A stretch of DNA of 64,000 nt, from the IMG/VR virus record IMGVR_UViG_3300023179_000105, positions 1,862-65,861 of that record; one strand, 5' to 3'. Below, one piece after another: positions 1 through 8,889 of this stretch (within the stretch, counting starts at the first letter, position 1; every line of letters starts with the position of its first letter). The notes beneath the pieces are model-generated. The model saw only the letters and a list, made by a program, of their open reading frames with translations. It had not been told where the DNA came from and made no database searches. The translations under genes and the position numbers were made by a program. This DNA is from a virus. Lineage: Duplodnaviria > Caudoviricetes.

Positions 1-173
1 GAGTTAGCAACATTAAAAGCAGAATTCGGAGCAAGAGGATGGCCGCCGGTAGTCGAACCATCATGAACGACTACAGTTTTTTTATCTGTATCGATACTAA
101 TTTCACCTGCCGCTCCAGTGAAATTTTGATTTTGGGCCGTTGTGCCTCTTCTAAATTGTACCTGTGTTGGCAT
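1..173 (-). CDS. Partial tail fibre/virion protein with Mtd-N-like N-terminal domain (runs off the window edge)
   Basis: Hand translation from ATG at 173: MPTQVQFRRGTTAQNQNFTGAAGEISIDTDKKTVVVHDGSTTGGHPLAP; paralogous to the N-terminus of 242..2245. Not in the ORF track. Confidence 0.85.
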   Translation of the reverse strand, partial: MPTQVQFRRGTTAQNQNFTGAAGEISIDTDKKTVVVHDGSTTGGHPLAPNSAFNVAN

Positions 174-213
174 ATTTAACTATCCTCATGGGTTTTGATA
201 ATTTGTTATATTC

Positions 214-221
214 TATTTATA
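214..221 (-). promoter_or_regulatory. T4-type late promoter TATAAATA
   Basis: Exact TATAAATA on - strand, intergenic, 40 bp upstream of the ATG at 173. Confidence 0.8.
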
Positions 222-241
222 ATAATTCTGGTTTCGATTAT

Positions 242-2245
242 TTAGGTCAAAACACCTAAATCTTGAACTTTAATTTGTCCGACCGGTTCCATAGAATCGT
301 AAGATTGGGATAAATTTACACCGAACGCATCCGTCAGAGAACCACCTGTAGAACCAGGATAAGTTTCTCCTGTAGATAAATCTCCTGTCGGGAATGTAAA
401 GATTGTTGAGTAAATGAATCCTGAACCGGAAGCAGCCGAAATAGTATTTGCGTAATTATAAGCATTATTAGCAAGAGTATATGCTATATTTGCTTCATTA
501 TATGCCGAATTCGCATTTGCTGCTACACCGTAGGCGAAGGTGTTGACTCCGTTAGCAAAAGCGAATCCGGCCGCTGCATTATATGATATACCATTTGCAA
601 AATCATATGCTAAGTTTGCTGTATAGAAAGCAGATGAACCGTTAGCAATTGTGGTGAATGTTGAAATAACAAAAGAATTTACCGAATTTGTAGAAGAATT
701 TGTATATTGTCTGGCATAAGAATTTGCAGAATTTGATGATATATCAACATGTGAATTTATAGCAATAGAGTTGTTTGAAATAGTAATATTAAGACCGTGA
801 ATATCACTATTTGCAGAATTAGCCAAAGCAAATGCTGCGGCAGCATTTACAGCCACACCATAAGCAAAAGTATTAACTCCGTTGGCGAAATCGTATGCAG
901 AATTGGCAACTGTATAAGATGAATTAGAGACAACAAAAGATGAATTAGAAACCGTATATCCAGCATTAAGTGTATCATATGCTGATTTAATCCAAACTAT
1001 GGCATTAGCAGAACCTAAGGTTAAGTTAGATGTGTTAAGGTCGGCAACCAATACGGCATTAACCATATTATTGGCACCAGGTACGAATGTATTATTAGCC
1101 GGCTCAGCATCATAACCTTGGAAGAGATAGTATTGTTTATTGGTCGCATCTCTTACAAATCCAGTATGAACGTTAGCGCCTGTTGTATTACCGTAATTGG
1201 CGATAAAACCTATATCAAGTAAATCGGTACCACTATAATTGTTAGCAGCAAGATAAATTAACGAATCACCAACGACCAAGTTATTTGCTAAAATTGTTGT
1301 AGCGTTACCTAAGAATGTGAGATTTCCTGTGAGTGAAAGATCACCAGTTATTGTTTGTGAAGGTGCTGTTAATTTTAAGAATGTGTTATTGGCATAAGTA
1401 TTAGAGGCATTTGCCGTAACACCGGCATAATTATTTGCAGCATTTGTTGATACGTTTGTATAAGCATTAGCACCAATACCAGTATTATATGCCAAAACGT
1501 TAGATGAATTCGCTTTATCAAATGCTCCGTTTGCTACACCAAAAGCAACGTTGAGCATATCTCTGGTTGGTGCGATTTGTGGTGAAACGTTATTGGCAGC
1601 AGCAAATGCTGCGGCAGCATTTACAGCCACACCATAAGCAAAAGTATTAACTCCGTTGGCAAATCCATATGCAGAGTTCGCAACTGTATATGCAGCATTA
1701 GCGGTATTGAAAGATGGTGCAACCTGTGGTGCTACGTTATTGGCAGTTCCGAATGCCGCATTTGCAACATCATAAACGGAATTAGCAGCAAAATAAGCAG
1801 CCGCAGCATTTGTCACGGCACTATTTGCTCTGTTAAAGGCAGAATTAGATACACCAAATGCTACATTTAATGTGTCTCTTGTTGGAGCAATTTGTGGTGA
1901 AACGTTATTGGCAGCAGCAAAAGCGGCCGCAGCATTTACTGCTACACCGTAGGCGAAGGTGTTGACTCCGTTGGCAAATCCGTATGCGGAGTTAGCAACT
2001 GTATATGCTGCATTAGCTGTATTGAAAGATGGAGCAACCTGAGGTGAAACATTATTAGCGGAAGCAAATGCAGCATTTGCAACATCAAAAGCGGTATTGG
2101 AAGCAAGTGGACGACCACCTACGGTAGAACCGTCATGAACAACTACTGTGTTTTTATCTGTATCAACTGTAATTTCACCAGGAGCGCCAGTAAAAGCAGA
2201 ATGTTGTGCCGTATTACCTCTTCTAAATTGTACCTGAACGGACAT
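242..2245 (-). CDS. Tail fibre-like protein: Mtd-N-like N-terminus, Ala/Asn-rich repeats
   Basis: N-term QVQFRRGNTAQHSAFTGAPGEITVDTDKNTVVVHDG; internal duplication; ~135-aa module shared with two neighbours. Confidence 0.75.
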   Translation of the reverse strand: MSVQVQFRRGNTAQHSAFTGAPGEITVDTDKNTVVVHDGSTVGGRPLASNTAFDVANAAFASANNVSPQVAPSFNTANAAYTVANSAYGFANGVNTFAYGVAVNAAAAFAAANNVSPQIAPTRDTLNVAFGVSNSAFNRANSAVTNAAAAYFAANSVYDVANAAFGTANNVAPQVAPSFNTANAAYTVANSAYGFANGVNTFAYGVAVNAAAAFAAANNVSPQIAPTRDMLNVAFGVANGAFDKANSSNVLAYNTGIGANAYTNVSTNAANNYAGVTANASNTYANNTFLKLTAPSQTITGDLSLTGNLTFLGNATTILANNLVVGDSLIYLAANNYSGTDLLDIGFIANYGNTTGANVHTGFVRDATNKQYYLFQGYDAEPANNTFVPGANNMVNAVLVADLNTSNLTLGSANAIVWIKSAYDTLNAGYTVSNSSFVVSNSSYTVANSAYDFANGVNTFAYGVAVNAAAAFALANSANSDIHGLNITISNNSIAINSHVDISSNSANSYARQYTNSSTNSVNSFVISTFTTIANGSSAFYTANLAYDFANGISYNAAAGFAFANGVNTFAYGVAANANSAYNEANIAYTLANNAYNYANTISAASGSGFIYSTIFTFPTGDLSTGETYPGSTGGSLTDAFGVNLSQSYDSMEPVGQIKVQDLGVLT

Positions 2246-2247
2246 TC

Positions 2248-2937
2248 TTATATGCTCCCATAATCGTTTGTGGATGAAAATGCTACATTAATCCATCCGA
2301 AATCGGCATTTGGACCCGTTGGTCCACCTATTGTAATAGTTTTTGAAACCGGATCTGTTGTTATATTTATGCCATTTGTTGGCGTAATGTTTAAAGTATC
2401 GTTTAAAGATGCGACTACACTACTTTGACCTGGAACGGAAATTGTTGTGAAAGAATTACTACTACCTCCTCCACCTGTATTCGCCTTAGCAAATGCGGCG
2501 TTAGCAATAACACCTGCTTGGTTAGCAGCAGCATATGCCGCATTAGCAACAACACCTGCTGGTACATCACCACCACTTGAAACAGTATTAGCATAATTAA
2601 ATGCCGCATTAGCAACATCAAATGCCGGTTTTAAATTTGCCTTAATCGTAATGATATCGTTGATGATATCACCAGAGATTTCAATATTATCACCATTTGA
2701 TATTGATAAAATGGAATTTGTTGCTGCGGCCGTTATTAAAGAACCGTTGGCATTAACGGTAGAAAAACTTAGAACATTAGCAACTGCGGCACTTGAAAAG
2801 GAAACAATCTGACCGGTAAGATTTTTATAATATAGTTTACCGTCAGCATAGTTAATAGCTAACTCACCATTCGCCAAGGACGATGGTATAGAACTTGGTG
2901 TTGAAGAATATTTAAGTTGAATTACTGTGTTAGCCAT
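2248..2937 (-). CDS. Virion structural/tail fibre-associated protein
   Basis: N-term IQLKYS..P.SLANGELAINYADGKLYYK typical of myovirus fibre anchors; ANAAY repeats. Confidence 0.65.
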   Translation of the reverse strand: MANTVIQLKYSSTPSSIPSSLANGELAINYADGKLYYKNLTGQIVSFSSAAVANVLSFSTVNANGSLITAAATNSILSISNGDNIEISGDIINDIITIKANLKPAFDVANAAFNYANTVSSGGDVPAGVVANAAYAAANQAGVIANAAFAKANTGGGGSSNSFTTISVPGQSSVVASLNDTLNITPTNGINITTDPVSKTITIGGPTGPNADFGWINVAFSSTNDYGSI

Positions 2938-3419
2938 TAAAAGTCGTCGTTCTTTTCTTCTGTTTCTTTCATGACTAACGGAGTTTCGCTTTTATCCTTA
3001 GTTGTATTTATAACTTTTTTAGGAGGTGATTTAGGTGTTAATTTTTCTTTAAGGCTTTCTATTTCTTTATCTTTATCAATAATCAATTTTTTCATTTCAT
3101 TCATTTGAGATGTTAAAGTATCCATATGTGATACTTTATTCTTCATCTCATTATATTCTTGTTCCCACCTTATAGCATCGGCCCTTGACTGGTTGATTTG
3201 TTCGTTATTGTCCCCTAATTTAGATTTATAGGAATCCAATTCCGCTCTAATACCACCTAATTGTTCTTCAAGGGAGGATATGGTCGCATCTTTACCTGCG
3301 ACCATATCACTCGTAACTTTCAGTTGTGTTTTAAGTTGGAGAACCATAGTCACATATTCATGTAACATTCCAACAGAATTGTCTACGTAAGCATTAATAT
3401 AAGCATTTGAATCACTCAT
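2937..3419 (-). CDS. Coiled-coil hypothetical protein in fibre cluster
   Basis: 160 aa, charged heptad pattern, GGAG RBS, translationally coupled to the next gene. Confidence 0.6.
   Translation of the reverse strand: MSDSNAYINAYVDNSVGMLHEYVTMVLQLKTQLKVTSDMVAGKDATISSLEEQLGGIRAELDSYKSKLGDNNEQINQSRADAIRWEQEYNEMKNKVSHMDTLTSQMNEMKKLIIDKDKEIESLKEKLTPKSPPKKVINTTKDKSETPLVMKETEEKNDDF
3005..3012 (-). promoter_or_regulatory. T4-type late promoter TATAAATA
   Basis: Exact motif ~70 bp upstream of the 2937 start. Confidence 0.65.
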
Positions 3420-3443
3420 AATATATTCTCCAATTTAATTAAG

Positions 3444-5198
3444 TTAGAAGGTGCCTCCAGAAATCATTTCGAATTGTGGAACACCTGTAGTGGATGCCAT
3501 TAGAACTTGTCCTTCTGTACCAGCAGATGTTACTTGGAAGGCCGCGTTGCCGCCACCACCAAATAGAACACCGTTTAATGTAGCAGAAACTATACCTGTA
3601 CCGCCGTATCCAACATTTACAGTTGAACCGTTCCATGTACCAGTTGTAATTGTACCGAGACCGGTAATTCCTGTATAAGAACCGGAAAGTCTGCTTGAAG
3701 AAAGGGTGCCTGATGAAATATTTGCTGCATCAGAGAACGTTTGGAAGATAATAGTATTAAGGGTATTGGCCCAAGTATTAGACGCGGCACCAACAACGTC
3801 GGTGTATGCGTTACCTGATGTTCCTACAGTATTAGCATAAGCATTAGCACCAATACCTGTATTGTAAGCGAGGACGTTGGCAGAGTTTGCCTTAGCAAAT
3901 GCGGCGTTAGCAATAACACCTGCTTGGTTAGCAGCGGCAAAAATTGGAGCATGGCCATGGCCTATTACTGAAAATGTAGCATTAGCCCAATTATTACCAG
4001 ATGCTCCAACCGAGGTGGCATAAGCATTTGCAGAAACACCAACCGCTGCGGCATATACGTTAGCAGCAACACCGACAGAATCGGCATAAGCATTAGCACC
4101 AATTCCTGTATTGTAAGCAAGGACGTTAGCGGCGTTGGCTTTATCAAATGCCGCACCAATCCAAACGATGGCATTAGCACCACCAAGTGTTAGATTACTT
4201 GTAATTAAGTCGGCATTAAGAACCGCAAGGGTCATATTGTTTCCGTAAGGAACAAATGTATTATTTGCCGGTTCTGTGTCATAACCCTGGAATAGGTAAT
4301 ATGTCTTATCTGTGGCATCTCTAACAAGACCGGTATGGACGTTAGCGCCAGTAGTATTACCATAGTTGGCGATAAAACCAATATCTACTAAATCTGTACC
4401 AGAATAGTTATTGGCAGCAAGATAGATTAAAGAATCACCAACATTCAATTGTGAAGAAGAAATTACTGTAGAGTTGCCGAGGAACGTTAAATTACCTGTA
4501 ACAGCAAGGTCGCCGGTGATTGTTTGGGAACCTGCTGTTAGTTTAACGAATGTGTTATTTGCGTATGTGTTTGCAGCAACACCAACTGCCGCGGCATATG
4601 TATTGCCTGCGGTACCAACTACGTTAGCATAAGCATTACCAGCCGCACCAACTACTACTGTATAAGCATTACCTGCTGTTCCGATAGCAACTGCATAAGC
4701 ATTACCAGATGTTCCAACTGATGTAGCGTAAGCATTACCAGCCGCACCTACAGCAGTAGCATAGGAATTTGCTGATGTAGCAAGAGTATTAACCTTACCA
4801 AAAGCAGCATTTGCAACATCAAATCCTGCTGAAGACCAAGCATATGCTGGGTAAGCATAGTTCGAATAAGTATTATTAGCAAAATCGTATGCTGAATTAG
4901 CAACTGTATAAGCAGCATTTCCTTTATCAAAACCAGCATTTGCGGTCTGGAATAGAAGGTTAATAACGGCAAGCGAACCAGCGCCGTTAGCAGCACCATA
5001 AGCCGCATTAGCAACACTAAAAGATGTATTGATTAAGTCGAGGTATGCTTTACCGCCGATGGCAATAGTACCGGTACCGTCTGGAGTACCGATAAAGACT
5101 GTGTTAGATTGATACGAATAACCAAGTTCTGCTACACTAAGAGATGTAGGTTGTGAAGTGGTTAACGATCTTTTAATTTGAATTAATGTATTGGCCAT
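3444..5198 (-). CDS. Tail fibre-like protein with 11-residue repeats
   Basis: N-term IQIKRS..P.SL..AELGYS; GxxGNAYxxxV repeats; C-term GTWNG..V.V.YGGTG and GGTF. Confidence 0.75.
   Translation of the reverse strand: MANTLIQIKRSLTTSQPTSLSVAELGYSYQSNTVFIGTPDGTGTIAIGGKAYLDLINTSFSVANAAYGAANGAGSLAVINLLFQTANAGFDKGNAAYTVANSAYDFANNTYSNYAYPAYAWSSAGFDVANAAFGKVNTLATSANSYATAVGAAGNAYATSVGTSGNAYAVAIGTAGNAYTVVVGAAGNAYANVVGTAGNTYAAAVGVAANTYANNTFVKLTAGSQTITGDLAVTGNLTFLGNSTVISSSQLNVGDSLIYLAANNYSGTDLVDIGFIANYGNTTGANVHTGLVRDATDKTYYLFQGYDTEPANNTFVPYGNNMTLAVLNADLITSNLTLGGANAIVWIGAAFDKANAANVLAYNTGIGANAYADSVGVAANVYAAAVGVSANAYATSVGASGNNWANATFSVIGHGHAPIFAAANQAGVIANAAFAKANSANVLAYNTGIGANAYANTVGTSGNAYTDVVGAASNTWANTLNTIIFQTFSDAANISSGTLSSSRLSGSYTGITGLGTITTGTWNGSTVNVGYGGTGIVSATLNGVLFGGGGNAAFQVTSAGTEGQVLMASTTGVPQFEMISGGTF
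4630..4739. repeat. 33-bp-period degenerate tandem repeat
   Basis: taagcattacc recurs at 4630, 4663, 4696 and 4729. Confidence 0.85.
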
Positions 5199-5199
5199 G

Positions 5200-5418
5200 T
5201 TAGAATGTTCCTCCGTTTACGATGGGCAGTTCTTTTACTACAAATTTATCACTTGCCTCATCATAAACTAATGTTTCGTTATTATCTAAACTTGACGCAT
5301 CAACGTCTTTTAGTTCAACAATCGTATCAACAGCACCGGCACCGCCGCCAAGTCCGCCTGTTCTGTTATTTATCAAAATTCGGTTTTTAGGTGTTGACGT
5401 TACTACAATTTTTGCCAT
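5200..5418 (-). CDS. Small virion-associated hypothetical protein
   Basis: L.DVD......ETLVYD motif, ends in GGTF like its neighbour. Confidence 0.6.
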   Translation of the reverse strand: MAKIVVTSTPKNRILINNRTGGLGGGAGAVDTIVELKDVDASSLDNNETLVYDEASDKFVVKELPIVNGGTF

Positions 5419-5422
5419 TTTA

Positions 5423-5767
5423 CTACCTTGTTATCGATGGTGATACAATAATAATACCTTCCACCAATCTTGAAACAAGATTTCCTCCCATAACATCTTT
5501 AACTTTAACATCGAAAAAGTATGTTCCAGGACTAATATTAGCAGTATTTGCTGAATCCAACTCCACAAAAATTTCACCTGTATTAGGTGTAGGTATGGTA
5601 CAAACCAAATTAGCAGTCGAATTAATAGAAATTAATGACTTTCTCATCTGAGATGTAACAATATACCCCGTAAGATTTTGCGGGGCATTAGTGCTTTCAT
5701 CATTAATGGCGACAGTGGTGCTAAACTCAGCACCTCTATCCATGTATAGTTCTACATACTCGGCCAT
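5423..5767 (-). CDS. Virion structural protein (BppU-N-like beta domain)
   Basis: ELYMDRGAEF...NLTGY...SQMRKS...GTYFFDV...RLVEGIIIVSPSIT, a pattern common in T4-like fibre clusters. Confidence 0.65.
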   Translation of the reverse strand: MAEYVELYMDRGAEFSTTVAINDESTNAPQNLTGYIVTSQMRKSLISINSTANLVCTIPTPNTGEIFVELDSANTANISPGTYFFDVKVKDVMGGNLVSRLVEGIIIVSPSITR

Positions 5768-5776
5768 TTTATTCCT

Positions 5777-7909
5777 TTACTTTACGTCTGGTAAGAATGA
5801 ACCATAAAGATTAGTTCCATCACTCACAAACGATAGCAAATCTCTGGCATTAGCATCGGTAGTCAATACTGGTGCTACACCAGCAGGCCATTTATAAGAG
5901 CTACTAAATGTTAATGTTCTTGACCCGGTACCATCTTGTATTACATGGAGTATATATGTTCCTACTTTTAGATTTGTAGGATTTGCTAATGTTCTATTAC
6001 CACCAAGTGTAACGGTAGCAACCATTCCTGCTGCAACATTCCAGGAAATTGTAACACCATCGGTTAAGGTCTGAGTTGATGCGTTTGCATTATTATTAAT
6101 AGTACCTGTTAATGCTATATTAGCATGAGATATGGCACCATTAGATAGTCCATTAGCTGTATAGAACGAACCATTAGCAACACCAAAGGCAGCATTTGCT
6201 GTATTATATGCCGGTGCAATTTGTGGGCCAACATTATTAGCAGCACCAAAGGCCGCGTTAGCAACACCAAATGCAGAATTAGTAGTATTGAATATTATTG
6301 CTGTATTTGTTTGTGTTGAAAATACAGAATTGGCCCAAGTATTAGATGCTGCACCAACCACGTTAGCATAAGAGTTAGCTCCGGTTGCTACACCGTTGGC
6401 CTTAGCAAATGCTGCGGTTGTATTTGTCGAAACACCATTAGAGAAATCATATGCCGATTTGATCCAAACTATGGCGTTCGCGCCACCAAGGGTTAGGTTG
6501 CTGGTGTTAAAGTCAGCCACCAATACGGCATTAACCATATTGTTAGCACCAGGAATAAATGTATTGTTAGCTGGTTCGGCATCGTATGCTTGGAATAAGT
6601 AATATTGTTTATCGCTTGCGTCTCTAACAAGACCGGTATGAACGTTTTGAGAAGTAGCATTTCCGTAATTGGCGATGAAACCAATATCGAGTAAATCGGT
6701 ACCGGAGTAGTTATTAGCAGCAAGATATATTAGAGAATCACCGACCACCAAGTTATTTGTTGAAACTACTGTGGAGTTGCCAAGGAATATAAGATTACCA
6801 GTAATAGAAAGGTCGCCAGTAATTGTCTGTGCTGCTGATGTTAATTTAACATATGTGGCGGTAGTGTAGGCATTAACAGAGTTTGCCATAGCACCAGCAT
6901 AGTTATTTGCAGCGGTAGCAGTATTTGCAAGATTATTTGCTGCTAAATTTGCTCTTGCAAAAGCAGCATTAGCAACTGTGTATCCAGCATTTGAAGATGT
7001 ATATACAGAATTAACAACCACATAAGCAGCATTTACTGAAACATATGCCGCAGATAGACGGACATTATCGGTATTCGATTGGGTATATGCCGCGGTAAGT
7101 CTTGTATTATCGGTATTTGCTAAAGTAAATGCTGCGTTAACCGTATCAAAAGCGGCGTTTGTTGCATACCAATTATCAGAAAGAAAAATGGTAATGTTGG
7201 CAGTATTACCACCTAAAACCTGTGCCAATCCATAGGCATCATTTGCTCTATTTCTTGCCGTATTGGCCTGAGTATAAGCAGCATTTGCTACAACATAACT
7301 ACTATTGGTATAAGTATATGCCGAATTAACAACAACATAAGAAGAGTTAGTTAAATCGAAAACGGTATTAACACGGGAAAAAGCGGAGTTTACTACAACG
7401 TAAGCTGCCGATAAACGAACATTATCGGTATTAGACTGTGTAAATGCCGAATTAGTTAATGTGTAATTGGCATTTACAGAAACATATGCCGCATTAGCTA
7501 CCACATATGCCGCATTAGACATATTAAAGTCTGCGTTCTGTGCCGCAAAGGCAGCGTTGGCAACATCGAATGCCGCATTAGTTAGTCCGTAATTGGAATT
7601 AGCAATATCAAAAACGGTATTAACACGGGCAAAAGCGGAGTTTGATACAACATAATTGGCGTTAGATGAAACATAGACTGAATTAGTAACGACATAATTG
7701 GCATTAGATGTGATATATGCGGCCGTTAATCTTACATTATCGGTATTGGACTGTGCATAAACCGCATTAGCAACATTATAAACAGCATTTGCTGTTGCAA
7801 ATACCAGATTTTGCTGTTCGTTTAACTGGTTGGAATAGAGAATAATTTGATTGGTTCTCAATCTCCAGGTATCAAATGTATCTGTTAGAGCGACGTTAGC
7901 TATTCCCAT
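5777..7909 (-). CDS. Tail fibre protein with long Ala/Asn coiled-coil stalk and C-terminal beta tip domain
   Basis: N-term TDTFDTWRLRTN; C-term TLTDG.TI.WN...VTLGGNRTL.NPTN...IQDGTGSRTL...KWPAG.AP. Confidence 0.75.
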   Translation of the reverse strand: MGIANVALTDTFDTWRLRTNQIILYSNQLNEQQNLVFATANAVYNVANAVYAQSNTDNVRLTAAYITSNANYVVTNSVYVSSNANYVVSNSAFARVNTVFDIANSNYGLTNAAFDVANAAFAAQNADFNMSNAAYVVANAAYVSVNANYTLTNSAFTQSNTDNVRLSAAYVVVNSAFSRVNTVFDLTNSSYVVVNSAYTYTNSSYVVANAAYTQANTARNRANDAYGLAQVLGGNTANITIFLSDNWYATNAAFDTVNAAFTLANTDNTRLTAAYTQSNTDNVRLSAAYVSVNAAYVVVNSVYTSSNAGYTVANAAFARANLAANNLANTATAANNYAGAMANSVNAYTTATYVKLTSAAQTITGDLSITGNLIFLGNSTVVSTNNLVVGDSLIYLAANNYSGTDLLDIGFIANYGNATSQNVHTGLVRDASDKQYYLFQAYDAEPANNTFIPGANNMVNAVLVADFNTSNLTLGGANAIVWIKSAYDFSNGVSTNTTAAFAKANGVATGANSYANVVGAASNTWANSVFSTQTNTAIIFNTTNSAFGVANAAFGAANNVGPQIAPAYNTANAAFGVANGSFYTANGLSNGAISHANIALTGTINNNANASTQTLTDGVTISWNVAAGMVATVTLGGNRTLANPTNLKVGTYILHVIQDGTGSRTLTFSSSYKWPAGVAPVLTTDANARDLLSFVSDGTNLYGSFLPDVK

Positions 7910-8110
7910 TTACTTTACCAGTCCTTTTAGCAATTCTTTTATTTCTTGTAAATCGTTTTTGAGTAATGATACATCTTCTTTTAATGTATCCATCTCTTTC
8001 TCTCTCTGCCTTTTCGCTTTATATGCATTAAGAGCATTATTATCCTTATTTATAAGAAATCCCTCGGAGGTTCTATAAACACCAGGTAAATCTGTTTTTG
8101 CGTCTGTCAT
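7910..8110 (-). CDS. Small conserved T4-like hypothetical protein
   Basis: 66 aa, C-terminal coiled coil (LKEDV..LK.DL.EIKELL); tight operon packing. Confidence 0.6.
   Translation of the reverse strand: MTDAKTDLPGVYRTSEGFLINKDNNALNAYKAKRQREKEMDTLKEDVSLLKNDLQEIKELLKGLVK
8047..8054 (-). promoter_or_regulatory. Possible late promoter TATAAATA for the fibre cluster
   Basis: Exact motif inside the 66-aa ORF, ~140 bp upstream of the 7909 start. Confidence 0.45.
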
Positions 8111-8880
8111 CTAACACCCACTTTTGCGGTTAGTAGGTCCATAATGGCCTTTCTTTCATCAAAATGTTCGAGGTCTTCCGGTCTGTCGGTACAACCATGA
8201 AACTCAATAACGAATTGTAATGCCTGTATCCATTTATCTGAAATTTCTGGACTATGGCCCATCAATCTCATCATTCTTTTTCCTGTTTTAGCCACGAAAT
8301 AAGGTGGAAAAACTACACACCCTAATGCCACATGGTGGTCGGCAATCAAAACATCCGACTCAAATCCAAAACAAACAATTGGTTTCCTTGATACAACACA
8401 ATTATCATATATCTTTATGGAATCATGAATAGATGCGGTACCAAATATCTTAGCATGATTTAAAACTTCCGCATTATTTTTTACAGTAGCATTTCCATAA
8501 ACTTCTGCGTTATCATAGACCATCGCATTATTTACCACTATAGAATTCTCATATACTTTGGCATGTCCGCTAACTTTAGCATTATCATAAACCTGTGCCG
8601 CGTCATATACCTGAGCTTCGCCATATACTTTTGCGGAACCATAAACTCTGGCATTACCATAAACTTTCGCAAAATCATTAATGATGGCCTTTTCGGTTAC
8701 TCTCGCATTACCATAAACTACCGCATGAGGACCAACATAACATTCTGGATCAACATGTGCGGTTTCAGCAACCCATCCGCCACCTTTTTCATGTTGGTGG
8801 GCAGGAACTTTACCCTGCCCATCTCCAAAATCGACATTCACAACATGAGACATCTCATTCATATTAAAAGCAAATTCCAT
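8107..8880 (-). CDS. Left-handed beta-helix (hexapeptide repeat) protein
   Basis: GGWVAETAHV followed by many A-x-V-Y-G/D-N hexapeptides. Confidence 0.8.
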   Translation of the reverse strand: MEFAFNMNEMSHVVNVDFGDGQGKVPAHQHEKGGGWVAETAHVDPECYVGPHAVVYGNARVTEKAIINDFAKVYGNARVYGSAKVYGEAQVYDAAQVYDNAKVSGHAKVYENSIVVNNAMVYDNAEVYGNATVKNNAEVLNHAKIFGTASIHDSIKIYDNCVVSRKPIVCFGFESDVLIADHHVALGCVVFPPYFVAKTGKRMMRLMGHSPEISDKWIQALQFVIEFHGCTDRPEDLEHFDERKAIMDLLTAKVGVR

Positions 8881-8889
8881 TATAACCTC

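Noticed and set aside
1-7909. Diversity-generating retroelement, suggested by Mtd-N-like domains and AAY-rich repeats
   Set aside because: No reverse transcriptase in the window; all repeats are coding and differ at assorted synonymous positions, not only adenines; no C-terminal VR/TR pair seen
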